Shown: positions 37,609 to 47,165, counted from the first letter of the stretch. The stretch: DNA of 64,000 nucleotides from an uncultured bacterium (GCA_963716205.1 OY970290.1:30411-94410); one strand, 5' to 3'. Translations and numbers: made by a program. Notes: generated by a model not told the origin, from the letters alone.

Positions 37609-38475
37609 ATGGAACCGAAAACTCTTATCACCAAACCAAGCGCGGATTACGAGCTGATCGACAGCGGAAACGAAGAGAAGCTCGAGCGCTATGGCAAATA
37701 TGTACTACGAAGACCGGACCCACAAGCCCTGTGGCAGAAAACATTGCCGGAAAGCGAATGGAAAAATGCGGACACGGTTTTTGATGCGAATAAAAAAACT
37801 TGGAAAAAGAGAAACGGGCAAATGCAAAATGAATGGCAGATCGGATTTGGCGAAATAAAATTCAACATCAAGCCAACCGCGTTCAAGCACACCGGAGTTT
37901 TCCCGGAGCAAAAGCCGAATTGGAATTGGATACAAGAAAAAATAAAAAATTCTGGCAGAACATTGAAAGTTTTGAATTTATTTGGTTACACCGGCGGAGC
38001 AACACTTGCTGCACTTTCTGCCGGAGCGGAAGTGACACATGTGGACGGTTCAAAATCTGCAGTGAGTTGGGCAAAAGAAAATGCCGAGTTGAGTGGTCTT
38101 GATAAAAAGCCGGTGCGGTGGCTCGTCGATGATGCGAGGAAATTCGTCATGCGGGAAATAAAAAGAGGAGGGAAATACGACGCCATCATCATGGACCCGC
38201 CGTCGTTTGGCAGGGGAGGCAAAGGCGAAATTTGGAAAATAGAGGATAATTTTCTTCCACTTCTCACTGAATGCGCAAAAATTCTCTCCGACAATCCGGC
38301 GTTTTTCTTGATCAATGGCTATGCGGCTGGATATTCTGCCATCGCGTACTACAACGCACTCAAACCGTTTGTCGAAAAATACGGTGGACAATTTGAGTTT
38401 GGTGAATTGACAATCGAGGAATCAAAAGGGAAAAAATTATTACCATGTGGAATTTTTGTAAGATGGTCAAAATAA
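37609..38475 (+). CDS. Class I SAM-dependent RNA methyltransferase (RlmI/RlmK-like)
   Basis: LNLFGYTGGATLAAL....V..VD.S..A...A..N and IIMDPPSFGRG motifs, typical of the PF10672-type methyltransferase core. Confidence 0.78.
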   Translation: MEPKTLITKPSADYELIDSGNEEKLERYGKYVLRRPDPQALWQKTLPESEWKNADTVFDANKKTWKKRNGQMQNEWQIGFGEIKFNIKPTAFKHTGVFPEQKPNWNWIQEKIKNSGRTLKVLNLFGYTGGATLAALSAGAEVTHVDGSKSAVSWAKENAELSGLDKKPVRWLVDDARKFVMREIKRGGKYDAIIMDPPSFGRGGKGEIWKIEDNFLPLLTECAKILSDNPAFFLINGYAAGYSAIAYYNALKPFVEKYGGQFEFGELTIEESKGKKLLPCGIFVRWSK

Positions 38476-38480
38476 AATAA

Positions 38481-39323
38481 ATGAAAATTTTAGATGGAAA
38501 AAAAGTTCGCGACATACTCGCGGAGAAAATAAAAAAAGAATTAAAAAAACTCAAGGCAAAGCCAACACTTGCTATTGTGCAAGTCGGCAATAATCCCGCT
38601 TCGGCAGTTTATATACAGCAGAAAAAACTTTTCGGAGAAAAACTCGGCTGTAACGTCCGACACATTCATTTTTGGGAAAAAACATCTGAATCCGCATTGT
38701 TGTTAAAGATAAAAAAATTGAATGCCGACAAAAAAGTGAATGGTATCATCGTCCAGCTTCCGCTTCCAAATCATATTGATGAAATGAAAATAATAGAGCA
38801 TATTTCTCCCGGAAAAGATGTTGATGGACTGAATTCTAAAAATCTACACTTTCTTTTGGAAAATATTCCCGGCGGTTTTACTCCCGCAACGACGAAAGGC
38901 ATTGTATCGCTTTTGGATTTTTACAAAATTCTGATTGAAGGGAAAAAAGTCACTGTTGTCGGCAGATCGCTTCTTGTCGGCAAGCCGACCGCGCTTGCAT
39001 TCTTAAATCGAAACGCGACGGTAACCGTCTGCCACAGCAAGACGAAAGATATCAAAAATGAAATCAAGCGGGCAGATATCATCGTTTCAGCAATCGGAAA
39101 ACCAAAATTCATCAAGAAAAATTTTGTGAAATCAGGACAAATAATTATCGATGTCGGCATTACGAAGACCGGCGAGAAATTCTTTGGCGACGTTGATTTC
39201 AAGCCGGTTTCAAAAATTGTAAGGGCGATAACGCCTGTTCCGGGAGGTGTGGGCCCGATGACTGTCGTTTCTCTTTTTGAGAATATTTTGCTATCATACA
39301 AGAGACAGAAAGGTCTCAGATAA
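38481..39323 (+). CDS. folD: Bifunctional methylenetetrahydrofolate dehydrogenase/cyclohydrolase
   Basis: Full-length collinear similarity to FolD (ILDGKK....I.....L......P.LAIVQVG.NPAS..Y.....K), with a Rossmann GRS..VGKP motif. Confidence 0.9.
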   Translation: MKILDGKKVRDILAEKIKKELKKLKAKPTLAIVQVGNNPASAVYIQQKKLFGEKLGCNVRHIHFWEKTSESALLLKIKKLNADKKVNGIIVQLPLPNHIDEMKIIEHISPGKDVDGLNSKNLHFLLENIPGGFTPATTKGIVSLLDFYKILIEGKKVTVVGRSLLVGKPTALAFLNRNATVTVCHSKTKDIKNEIKRADIIVSAIGKPKFIKKNFVKSGQIIIDVGITKTGEKFFGDVDFKPVSKIVRAITPVPGGVGPMTVVSLFENILLSYKRQKGLR

Positions 39324-39348
39324 TTTATCAAAATTTAATTTTATCATT

Positions 39349-40149
39349 ATGGAAGATAAAAAAGTTTGTTGTGCGGAATGGAAAAATCACAAGTGCGCGC
39401 ATATTGCGGTCAGCATTATTGTTATTCTGCTCGCTATTTTTTTGATCAAGGAAATATTTCAGGGCAACGATCGGGGAAATAAAAATGCAGATCAGAACAC
39501 TGTCGTGGTGACAGGAAAAGGCGAGCTTACGGTCAAGCCGGATATTGCCGAAGTTTCTTTCTCGGTGACCGATGAAAACATGGATGTTTCAAAGGCATCG
39601 GATGCGGTCAATACGAAAATTGCGGCGATTGTTTCTAAGCTTGAAGTCGATGGCATTGCCGATGCGGACATCAAGACGACTGGCTATGATATTGAACCTC
39701 AGTACAATTATGTAAATGAACCGACACCGATGAACGGTTTGTATATGCCCGCTGGAAAACAAGTACTTGCCGGATATAATGTGACCGACAGTATTGATAT
39801 AAAAATCCGCGACCTGACGAAAGCGGGAAGCATTGTGACTGATCTCGGCACGCTTGGCGTGACCGACATGAGTGGACTTACTTTCACAGAAGACAAATAC
39901 GATGATTTGGTTTTGCAGGCTCGGGATGCGGCAATCGCTGATGCGAGGACGCAGGCGCAGGATCTTGCGAAAGCACTCGGCGTGAAGCTCATCAAAATTG
40001 TCGCGTATTCGGATCAATCGCAGCCGATCTATTATCCCGTTGCAATGGCGGCAACTTCCATGGGGGCAAATGCCGCTGTACCAGCAACTTTGCCGACAGG
40101 TCAGAATACAATCACCTCAAATGTGAGTGTGACATATGAGATACAATAG
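39349..40149 (+). CDS. SIMPL-domain (DUF541) periplasmic protein
   Basis: N-terminal TM, then VVVTGKGELTVKPDIAEVSFSV...DA......KI..I...L, characteristic of the SIMPL / 26-kDa periplasmic immunogenic protein family. Confidence 0.72.
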   Translation: MEDKKVCCAEWKNHKCAHIAVSIIVILLAIFLIKEIFQGNDRGNKNADQNTVVVTGKGELTVKPDIAEVSFSVTDENMDVSKASDAVNTKIAAIVSKLEVDGIADADIKTTGYDIEPQYNYVNEPTPMNGLYMPAGKQVLAGYNVTDSIDIKIRDLTKAGSIVTDLGTLGVTDMSGLTFTEDKYDDLVLQARDAAIADARTQAQDLAKALGVKLIKIVAYSDQSQPIYYPVAMAATSMGANAAVPATLPTGQNTITSNVSVTYEIQ

Positions 40150-40183
40150 GGCTTGCATTTTTCGGGCGTTTTGTGCTATTCTA

Positions 40184-40204
40184 TAAAAGCCCCCGACGGG
40201 GGTT
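40184..40204 (+). terminator. Terminator (gcccccg-acg-ggggg plus T-run)
   Basis: Seen in the sequence. Confidence 0.55.
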
Positions 40205-40218
40205 TTTATATAAAACAT

Positions 40219-40401
40219 ATGTCAAAATTATCAAATTACATCAAGGAAACGAGGGAGGAAATGAAGCATGTGAGCTGGCCGACGCGAAGACAGACGATTA
40301 TTTTTATGACACTTGTCATTATTATTTCAGTCGTCGTATCAGCATATCTCGGACTTTTTGACTATATATTTTCCACAGGATTAAAAAGTGTTCTTTTTTA
40401 A
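40219..40401 (+). CDS. secE: Preprotein translocase subunit SecE
   Basis: ETREEMKHVSWPTRRQTIIFMTLVIIISVVVSAYLGLFD matches the SecE C-terminal core (E.RKV.WPTR.ET...T..V). Upstream of nusG. Confidence 0.85.
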   Translation: MSKLSNYIKETREEMKHVSWPTRRQTIIFMTLVIIISVVVSAYLGLFDYIFSTGLKSVLF

Positions 40402-40410
40402 AAATACATT

Positions 40411-40956
40411 ATGGCAAAGCAAACAATAGAACAGGGAAGACATTGGTATGCGATCCACACCTATGCGGGATATGAAAATGCCGTTGCGAGAAATTTGAAG
40501 CAAAGAATCGATTCACTCAACATGAATGACAAGATTTTCAATGTCGTTGTTCCTGTCGAGAAAAAAATAAAAATCAAAGGTAATAAAAGAGTTGAGGAAG
40601 AGGAAAAAATATATCCCGGCTATATTCTCGTTGATATGATTGTGACCGATGAATCCTGGTTTGTTGTCCGAAATACTCCTCGTGTTACCGGCTTTGTCGG
40701 TGCGGGTGTCTATCCGGTGCCACTGACACAAAAAGAAATCGATTTTCTTTTGGGAAGAATGGACAACAGCACAGTCACCCATGCGGTGGATTTTTCTGTC
40801 GGAGAGTCGGTGAAAATCGTAGACGGACCGTTTAAAGATTTGGAAGGTAAAATCAGCGAGATCGATGGCGAAAAAGGAAAGGCACGGGTGATGGTTTTGA
40901 TGTTCGGCAGAGAGACATCCGTCGAGCTTGACCTTTTGCAGATTCGAAAAGCATAA
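40411..40956 (+). CDS. nusG: Transcription antiterminator NusG
   Basis: NGN domain (WYAIHTYAGYENAV) plus a KOW domain (GESVKIVDGPFKDLEGKISEID). Confidence 0.92.
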   Translation: MAKQTIEQGRHWYAIHTYAGYENAVARNLKQRIDSLNMNDKIFNVVVPVEKKIKIKGNKRVEEEEKIYPGYILVDMIVTDESWFVVRNTPRVTGFVGAGVYPVPLTQKEIDFLLGRMDNSTVTHAVDFSVGESVKIVDGPFKDLEGKISEIDGEKGKARVMVLMFGRETSVELDLLQIRKA

Positions 40957-41019
40957 CTTTACTTTCAGCAGTTTTTCTGTTAGCTTGAATGAGCCTCTGG
41001 TTACTAAATTAAAAAAGAA

Positions 41020-41442
41020 ATGGCAAAAAAAATATCAAAAAAATTAAAACTTCAGATTCCAGCAGGCAAAGCTGTTCCGGCGCCGCCAGTTGGACCTGTG
41101 CTCGGTCAGGCAGGTATCAATATCGGTGATTTTATCAACAAGTTTAATACGGCGACCAAAGCAATGATCGGCGATATTCTTCCAGTTGTCATTACGGTGT
41201 ATGAAGACAGATCGTACGATTTTGTTCTCAAAACCCCTCCGACAGCAGCACTTATTTTGAAAGCGATAGGAAAAGAAAAAGGTTCAGGCAAGCCGAATAC
41301 TCAAAAGATTGGCACGTTGACAAAAACCCAAGTCAAAGAAATTGCAGAGCGAAAGCTTGTAGACATGAACGCTTACGATATCAATGCGGCAATGAAAATG
41401 GTGGAAGGCGCAGCGCGATCGATGGGAGTGGAAGTGAAATAA
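41020..41442 (+). CDS. rplK: 50S ribosomal protein L11
   Basis: [23 protein letters not shown] plus the C-terminal domain. Confidence 0.92.
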   Translation: MAKKISKKLKLQIPAGKAVPAPPVGPVLGQAGINIGDFINKFNTATKAMIGDILPVVITVYEDRSYDFVLKTPPTAALILKAIGKEKGSGKPNTQKIGTLTKTQVKEIAERKLVDMNAYDINAAMKMVEGAARSMGVEVK

Positions 41443-41465
41443 AATAAATAAATTTAAAATAAAAA

Positions 41466-41499
41466 AAGGGCTTTTCCGTAAAACGGAAAAGCCCTTTTG
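41466..41499. terminator. Bidirectional terminator (aaagggcttttccg-taaaa-cggaaaagccctttt)
   Basis: Perfect 12-bp stem between rplK (+) and the thyX-like gene (-). Confidence 0.7.
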
Positions 41500-41509
41500 A
41501 AAACTAAAT

Positions 41510-42889
41510 TCACACTTTCCTTTCTTTGAAATCAAAAGTTTCGATGACGACTCCGCAATACCTTTGACCTTCTCCGCAGCCACCATCTTTTACACACGGT
41601 GGAGCGAAAACCCAATCCAACTGCGGGTGCAACTTGAGGACCTGTTCTCGCATTTGGGTACCCAAGTGATAAATTTCCTCTTGAGCAAGCCAGCAGCAAC
41701 GCTTCGCCATTTCATGCGCGATAGCGTTCAGATCGCCTTTCTTGCGATACTTGACCATTGCCCCATACGGAGCAAGAACAGTCGCAAGAGTTTTTGGCAA
41801 TCCCAAAGAAAGATCTGCCCACAGGGTCAAAACCGATTTGAGTTGCTTACCTAGACCCATCTCTGCAAGAAGTGGAGGTAAATATGCGAAACCAGTAAAT
41901 TCCGGTTCGCTTCTCCTGATCGTGCGATGACGTTGGTCTTGGCCCATAGTAGCAACAGAAAGAATAATTTCCGCCGTGAAAGTCGTATCGGAATTGTCCA
42001 TGTACTTCGGTTTGAAGTGAAGCACATCGATTGGATGCATGTCATCGGGATGAGGAATCACGATGTTATCCCCAAGAACGACTCTCTCGAGGCGATATTC
42101 CGGTTTCGTCCGACAATCACCGATCTCAATGACTGGTAATCCTTTCGGGAAATAATCTTCCCCGAAGCGCAATTTCGGATCGAACATGTAAGAAATTTCC
42201 GGGAACTTTTCCAAGATCAAATCTCGCATGACATCCGTAATCGCACGCATGGTCGGATTTGGAGCACTCTTCCAGAGCGAAAACAAACCCGAAAGATTGA
42301 CGGTAAAATCAAAACCGGTCGGAAAAATGATGGGAATGAATGCCCTCATTTGTTCTTGAGCAATCTTTCCGCAGTTTGCGTCGATCGATTTTTCCGGAAG
42401 TTTCGGCCTTTCAATCGTCATATGCTTTTTGGAAAAAGCCGTGGCTGCTTCCAAATTGTTTTTGTAGTGGCCGATTGCAACGACAAGATAATTCATAATA
42501 TCGGCAATTTGCTTCTCGGTTGTTTCCGGCCAAAACTCCATGACGTAACGCTTGAGTTCATCAAAATTCGGATTGGCGAACATCGCGGAACAAAATCTTC
42601 CGCTGCGCTGGTCCGAATTGTAGAACGGACTCGCAAGATGCATTCCGAAAGTGATGTCACCAACGCAAATACCCTCGATGTTGAAAGTGGCTGACCAATG
42701 CTGAAGCGTGGTGTGGTGACCAACATTGAAAAGCCGACCTTTGATATCCATCGACTTCCCCCATTCCGGAGGTTCAGCCTGATAACATTCTTGTGCTGCA
42801 TGCGAAGCCGAATCTGTCGGTTTCGCACTGGTAAGTGTCAACAGTTCAACACTGATACTGCCTCCATTCGTAAACTTTTTCGAATTCAT
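41510..42889 (-). CDS. thyX: Flavin-dependent thymidylate synthase ThyX-like, tandem-duplicated (two ThyX-like halves in one 459-aa chain)
   Basis: The first half has ThyX motifs GHHTTLQH and SDQRSGRF, but MHL stands where RHR is expected. The second half has RHRTIRRSE and a ThyX-like C-terminus (AHEMAKRCCWLAQEEI). Genomic context with dcd, tmk and dut supports the call. Confidence 0.6.
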   Translation of the reverse strand: MNSKKFTNGGSISVELLTLTSAKPTDSASHAAQECYQAEPPEWGKSMDIKGRLFNVGHHTTLQHWSATFNIEGICVGDITFGMHLASPFYNSDQRSGRFCSAMFANPNFDELKRYVMEFWPETTEKQIADIMNYLVVAIGHYKNNLEAATAFSKKHMTIERPKLPEKSIDANCGKIAQEQMRAFIPIIFPTGFDFTVNLSGLFSLWKSAPNPTMRAITDVMRDLILEKFPEISYMFDPKLRFGEDYFPKGLPVIEIGDCRTKPEYRLERVVLGDNIVIPHPDDMHPIDVLHFKPKYMDNSDTTFTAEIILSVATMGQDQRHRTIRRSEPEFTGFAYLPPLLAEMGLGKQLKSVLTLWADLSLGLPKTLATVLAPYGAMVKYRKKGDLNAIAHEMAKRCCWLAQEEIYHLGTQMREQVLKLHPQLDWVFAPPCVKDGGCGEGQRYCGVVIETFDFKERKV

Positions 42890-43003
42890 GCTGTCCTACC
42901 TTTCCGTATACTTTTTATGTGAATTTAAAATAACTGCTGATTCCTTTAAAAATCTACTTCATTTAAAAATAAAGTCAAATCCTTTATTTATTTGCAAATA
43001 AAA

Positions 43004-43041
43004 AAGTCGATGCAGCATACAGCGTGTTACATCGACTTTTT
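43004..43041. terminator. Bidirectional terminator (gtcgatg-...-catcgac flanked by A and T runs)
   Basis: Seen in the sequence. Confidence 0.55.
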
Positions 43042-43042
43042 G

Positions 43043-43714
43043 TTATTTCTGAATTTCCCGATCCTTGTGAAGTTTCGGAAGCATCATGGAAGGATCCCAG
43101 GATTTCATAATGGTTTTTAGATCTGTCGAGCTCTGATATTTCCCGAGCTTTGCATAATCTGCACCCAAAATTGGTCCGGTCTCCTCAAAAATGATCTGCG
43201 CAATGCGTCTTCCAACAACGAGCGGAATCGTATAAGATTTCGAACCGTTCGTAATTTCCATGGTCCAGCGATTGATGAAGCCGACATCACCCCAGCCCGC
43301 ACACTTACAGACTGTGATAAAACTTCTTCCCATCGATGAACGCGCTTGCATGCTAGTCGTGATGTGTCCTCGCCCACCAATAAATTCTTCGGTGTGTGCG
43401 AGAATCATTTCACCTGGCTCGAGCATAATGACCAGATCATTTGGATTGATACCCTCATGATCGAGTCCCATCTCCCCGAATCTGCAACCTGCCCGTTCCG
43501 CCTGAAGTGCTCTTTTGCCCCAAACCTGCTTGACGTGCTCCTCATTGTATATGTTGTAAAAGCGCTGGTTGTACGCGGGATTGCGCGCCCGATAAAAGTA
43601 CCTGCCCAGTGTTACATCATAACTTGAAGTTGCGAGATTGGCTCTATTGAAAGGTTCAATAACAATATACCCTTTCTTTTTTTCCTGCAGAATGCGCCTA
43701 TCCGACAAAGCCAT
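43043..43714 (-). CDS. dcd: dCTP deaminase family protein
   Basis: ILQEKKKGYIVIEPFN....TSSYDVTLG is the Dcd N-terminal signature; dUTPase-like fold. Start set at the internal ATG (MALSDRRILQE). Confidence 0.8.
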   Translation of the reverse strand: MALSDRRILQEKKKGYIVIEPFNRANLATSSYDVTLGRYFYRARNPAYNQRFYNIYNEEHVKQVWGKRALQAERAGCRFGEMGLDHEGINPNDLVIMLEPGEMILAHTEEFIGGRGHITTSMQARSSMGRSFITVCKCAGWGDVGFINRWTMEITNGSKSYTIPLVVGRRIAQIIFEETGPILGADYAKLGKYQSSTDLKTIMKSWDPSMMLPKLHKDREIQK

Positions 43715-43840
43715 GATTTTCCTCCATAAAATGGATTGAACGAATTCTTCTAAATTAAATAATACATTGTTATATGAAAAAGTAAATATACAAGATAAAG
43801 AATATTCTTCATTTTTATATATGATACAATCATTCGTACT

Positions 43841-44395
43841 ATGGCAAAAATAATTTTTGGACTTGTCGGACCGCTCGCAGGCGGCAAAGGCGAGATAAAA
43901 AAATACATTGAAGAAAAATATCACGGAAAAGATTGCCGTTTTTCCACGCCACTCCGCAATGTTTTAAATCAGCTCGATATTACGACAAGCAGAGAAAATT
44001 TGCAAAAAGTCTCGACGGTCCTGCGCCAGACATTTGGCGAGAATTTGCTTTCGAAGACAATTGCAAAAGAAGCCGAAGGATTCGATGCTGATATCGTGGT
44101 CGTTGATGGCGTAAGACGAGTGACTGATGTCGATTATTTGCTTTCCAAGGAAAATTTTGTTCTTGTTGCTGTCGATGCCGATCCGAAAATTCGATTTGAT
44201 CGGCTCGTATCACGAAACGAAAATGTTGGTGATGATAAAAAGACTTTTGAGCAATTTTTGGAAGATCAAAATAAAGAGTCGGATCGGCAGATTCCCGAAG
44301 TGATGAAATCTGCAAAAGAAATTATTAACAATGACGGAAGTTTGGAAGATTTATATAAGCAAGTTGATTCTTTGGTGAAAAAATATTTGAAATAA
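43841..44395 (+). CDS. T4-type deoxynucleoside monophosphate kinase-like P-loop kinase
   Basis: P-loop GLVGPLAGGKGE. The C-terminus IINNDGSLEDLYKQV matches the ITNDGSLEELFSKI end of phage T4 dNMP kinase (gp1). Encoded between dcd and tmk. Confidence 0.55.
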   Translation: MAKIIFGLVGPLAGGKGEIKKYIEEKYHGKDCRFSTPLRNVLNQLDITTSRENLQKVSTVLRQTFGENLLSKTIAKEAEGFDADIVVVDGVRRVTDVDYLLSKENFVLVAVDADPKIRFDRLVSRNENVGDDKKTFEQFLEDQNKESDRQIPEVMKSAKEIINNDGSLEDLYKQVDSLVKKYLK

Positions 44396-44471
44396 AATCC
44401 TTGCAATTTCCTGGCTTGGCGCTAGGATACGGACAGAAAAGGTCTTTATCTAAAAAACAAGAGGGTGATCC

Positions 44472-45116
44472 ATGATGGAACACAAAGGTCGTTTTATTGC
44501 TGTCTCGGGAGGCGAAGGCGCAGGCAAGACCAGCCAGATCGAGCATGCCAAAATCGAATTTGGCGATCGAATAGTATGCACGCGTGAGCCGGGCGGCACG
44601 CCGTCCGCAGAAAAAATCCGGGAATTTTTCTTGTCTGAAGAAATACAGAATTCAGATGTGCTGACAAGGATGCTCTTGATGTTTGCCATGCGGCGTCTGC
44701 ATGCGGAGGAAAAGATTCGCGGTGCGCTCAAAGGTGGTAAGCTTGTCATCTGCGATCGCAGCGATTCGGACACTTTTGCATATCAGATCCGGGCTGAAGA
44801 CGGAAAACAGTACGAGAAACTTTTCTGGCAACTGCGCGAAAGCGTTTATGACGATATCAAGCCGGATCTCTATGTGCATTTTGACATTGAGCCGTCCGTC
44901 GGTATCTTTCGTAAGCTCGATCAAAGCAGTTCGGAACAGAATACGTACGATCAAAAGCCACTCGGATTTCACGACAAGGTTCATGAAGGACTTAAAGAAT
45001 TTATGGGCCTCAAAGATATCTTGAGTACTCGTATCGATGCGAGCCAAGGCAAGGAGGAAGTCTGGCATGCATTTCGAGAAATTATTGAAGGTCAGTTGCG
45101 CTTTCTCGGCCACTGA
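44472..45116 (+). CDS. tmk: Thymidylate kinase
   Basis: FIAVSGGEGAGKTSQ P-loop and the DRSDSDTFAYQ (DRH/Y..S..AYQ) motif. Confidence 0.87.
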   Translation: MMEHKGRFIAVSGGEGAGKTSQIEHAKIEFGDRIVCTREPGGTPSAEKIREFFLSEEIQNSDVLTRMLLMFAMRRLHAEEKIRGALKGGKLVICDRSDSDTFAYQIRAEDGKQYEKLFWQLRESVYDDIKPDLYVHFDIEPSVGIFRKLDQSSSEQNTYDQKPLGFHDKVHEGLKEFMGLKDILSTRIDASQGKEEVWHAFREIIEGQLRFLGH

Positions 45117-45186
45117 TATTTCAAAAGGGTTTGGACGCAAGTTCAAACCCTTTTTATTTTTTCTCTGAGTCTGTTATTATGGCTCT

Positions 45187-45609
45187 ATGCTTCTCAAAAT
45201 CAAAAAACTCCATGCAGATGCAAAGATGCCAAGTTATGCACATCATGACGATGCGGGATTTGATCTCTATGCGGTAGAAAATACCACGGTCAAAGTCGGC
45301 GAGCGAGTTGCGATGCCGACGGGGATTGCGATGGAGATACCAGAAGGATTCGTCGGACTCGTCTGGGACAAAAGCGGTATTGCGGTCAAACACGGAATCA
45401 ATACGATTGCCGGCGTGGTGGATTCGAGCTATCGGGGCGAAGTAGTTGTCGCTCTCGTGAATAATGGTGAGAATGATTACACTTTTGAAAAAGGGCACAA
45501 AGTCGCGCAGATGATCGTCCAGAAGAAAGAAACTGTTCAATTTGAAGAAGCGAAAGAACTTTCAGATACTCTGCGTGGCGCGGATGGCTTTGGCAGCACG
45601 GGGAAATAA
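45187..45609 (+). CDS. dut: dUTP diphosphatase
   Basis: dUTPase motifs AGFDLYA, GLVWDKSGIA, and the C-terminal RGADGFGSTG (motif V). Confidence 0.9.
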   Translation: MLLKIKKLHADAKMPSYAHHDDAGFDLYAVENTTVKVGERVAMPTGIAMEIPEGFVGLVWDKSGIAVKHGINTIAGVVDSSYRGEVVVALVNNGENDYTFEKGHKVAQMIVQKKETVQFEEAKELSDTLRGADGFGSTGK

Positions 45610-45626
45610 TTATAATAATAAAAATC

Positions 45627-46838
45627 ATGTCAGAAAATAAATTTCCAAAAGGATTTTTCTGGGGCGCGTCGACTGCAAGCCATCAAGTCGAGGGAAACAC
45701 GCACAATCAATGGAGCGAATGGGAAAAATCCCCAGCTCGTTTGGCGGAGCTCGAAAAAGACGGACGTATTGCGAAATACGGCAAGGAAAATTATATTTCA
45801 GGACGTGCGGCGGATCATTACAATCGTTTTGAAGAAGATTTCAAATTGGCAAAAGAACTTGGTCACAATGCGACGCGCATCTCTATTGAATGGTCGCGTA
45901 TCGAACCTCGCGAAGGAGAATTTGATGTGAAAGAAATCGAGCACTATCGCCGCGTCATCGCTTCGATACGGCAAAATGGAATGGAACCTTTTGTCACGCT
46001 GTGGCATTGGACATCGCCGATCTGGTTTTCAGAGATTGGCGGATTTGAGCGCAGAGAAAATGCAAAATATTTTTCAAGATATGCCGAAAAAATGGCAAAG
46101 GAACTTTCCGATGTGAAATTCTGGCTGACATTGAACGAACCGGAAGTTGTCACGAGCCACAGCTATCTGAATGGCATTTGGCCGCCGCAAAAGAAAAATT
46201 TGTTTTTGACAATTTCGGTATATCACAATCTTATCTATTCTCATCAAGTGGCATACTGCTCTATGAAATCAGTAAACAAAAATCTACAAATTAGTGTCGC
46301 TAAACACAATATTTATTATGAAGCGTACGAAGGCAGATGGTGGAATATTCTTGTGAAAAAATTCATGGATTGGACCGTCAATTTTTATTTTCTCAACCGT
46401 ATTAGGAATTATCAGGATTTCATCGGACTTAATCATTATTTTCATAATCGTATCAGGAATTTCAAGCTGAATCAGAATGAAAATAAAAAGGTGAGTGACA
46501 TGGGCTGGGAATTGTATCCAGAAGCTATCTATCATGCGCTTATGGATTTAAAAAAATACAAAATGCCAATTTATATTACCGAGAACGGCTTGGCAGATGC
46601 CAAAGATTTCCAAAGAGCGTGGTTCATTGAGGAAAGTTTAAAAAATGTGCATCGGGCGATTGCCGATGGAGCGGATGTGCGAGGATATTTGCATTGGTCG
46701 CTCATGGATAATTTTGAATGGGACAAAGGATTCTGGCCGCGTTTCGGACTAATCGAGATAGATTACAAAACTTTGGAACGAAAAATACGACCAAGCGCGC
46801 TTGTCTACAAAAAGATACTTGAAAATAATGGATTTTAA
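45627..46838 (+). CDS. Glycoside hydrolase family 1 beta-glucosidase (compact, 403 aa)
   Basis: N-terminal FFWGASTASHQVEG, acid/base TLNEP, and nucleophile YITENG. Confidence 0.85.
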   Translation: MSENKFPKGFFWGASTASHQVEGNTHNQWSEWEKSPARLAELEKDGRIAKYGKENYISGRAADHYNRFEEDFKLAKELGHNATRISIEWSRIEPREGEFDVKEIEHYRRVIASIRQNGMEPFVTLWHWTSPIWFSEIGGFERRENAKYFSRYAEKMAKELSDVKFWLTLNEPEVVTSHSYLNGIWPPQKKNLFLTISVYHNLIYSHQVAYCSMKSVNKNLQISVAKHNIYYEAYEGRWWNILVKKFMDWTVNFYFLNRIRNYQDFIGLNHYFHNRIRNFKLNQNENKKVSDMGWELYPEAIYHALMDLKKYKMPIYITENGLADAKDFQRAWFIEESLKNVHRAIADGADVRGYLHWSLMDNFEWDKGFWPRFGLIEIDYKTLERKIRPSALVYKKILENNGF

Positions 46839-46910
46839 GATTATGGAAGAATTACCTTATTTGTGATACAGTAAACAGGTTCAATTACTAATAATTAATG
46901 CAATAAAAAT

Positions 46911-47165
46911 ATGGCAGAAAAAGGTTCAGCGTTTATGAAGCCGCTCAACGTGAGCGCAGACTTGGCGAAAGTGGTCGGCAAAGGTCCGATGCCTCGCTCT
47001 GAAGTCGTGAAAGCTCTGTGGGTGTATATCAAAAAGAATAATCTTCAGGATCCGCAGAAAAAGAGAAATATTATCGCTGATGCGAATCTAAAAGCGGTTT
47101 TCGGAGGCAAAGCGGTCGTCGACATGTTTGAGATGACGAAACTTGTTTCAAAGCACCTTTCATAA
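46911..47165 (+). CDS. SWIB/MDM2-domain protein
   Basis: 84 aa; PLNVSADLAKVVGKGPMPRSEVVKALWVYIKKNNLQDP is the SWIB domain core. Confidence 0.75.
   Translation: MAEKGSAFMKPLNVSADLAKVVGKGPMPRSEVVKALWVYIKKNNLQDPQKKRNIIADANLKAVFGGKAVVDMFEMTKLVSKHLS

Noticed and set aside
40153-40218. Longer SecE start at 40153 (MHFSGVLCYSIKAPDGGFYIKH...)
   Set aside because: This segment overlaps the terminator hairpin of the upstream SIMPL gene. The SecE homology begins at the ATG near 40219.
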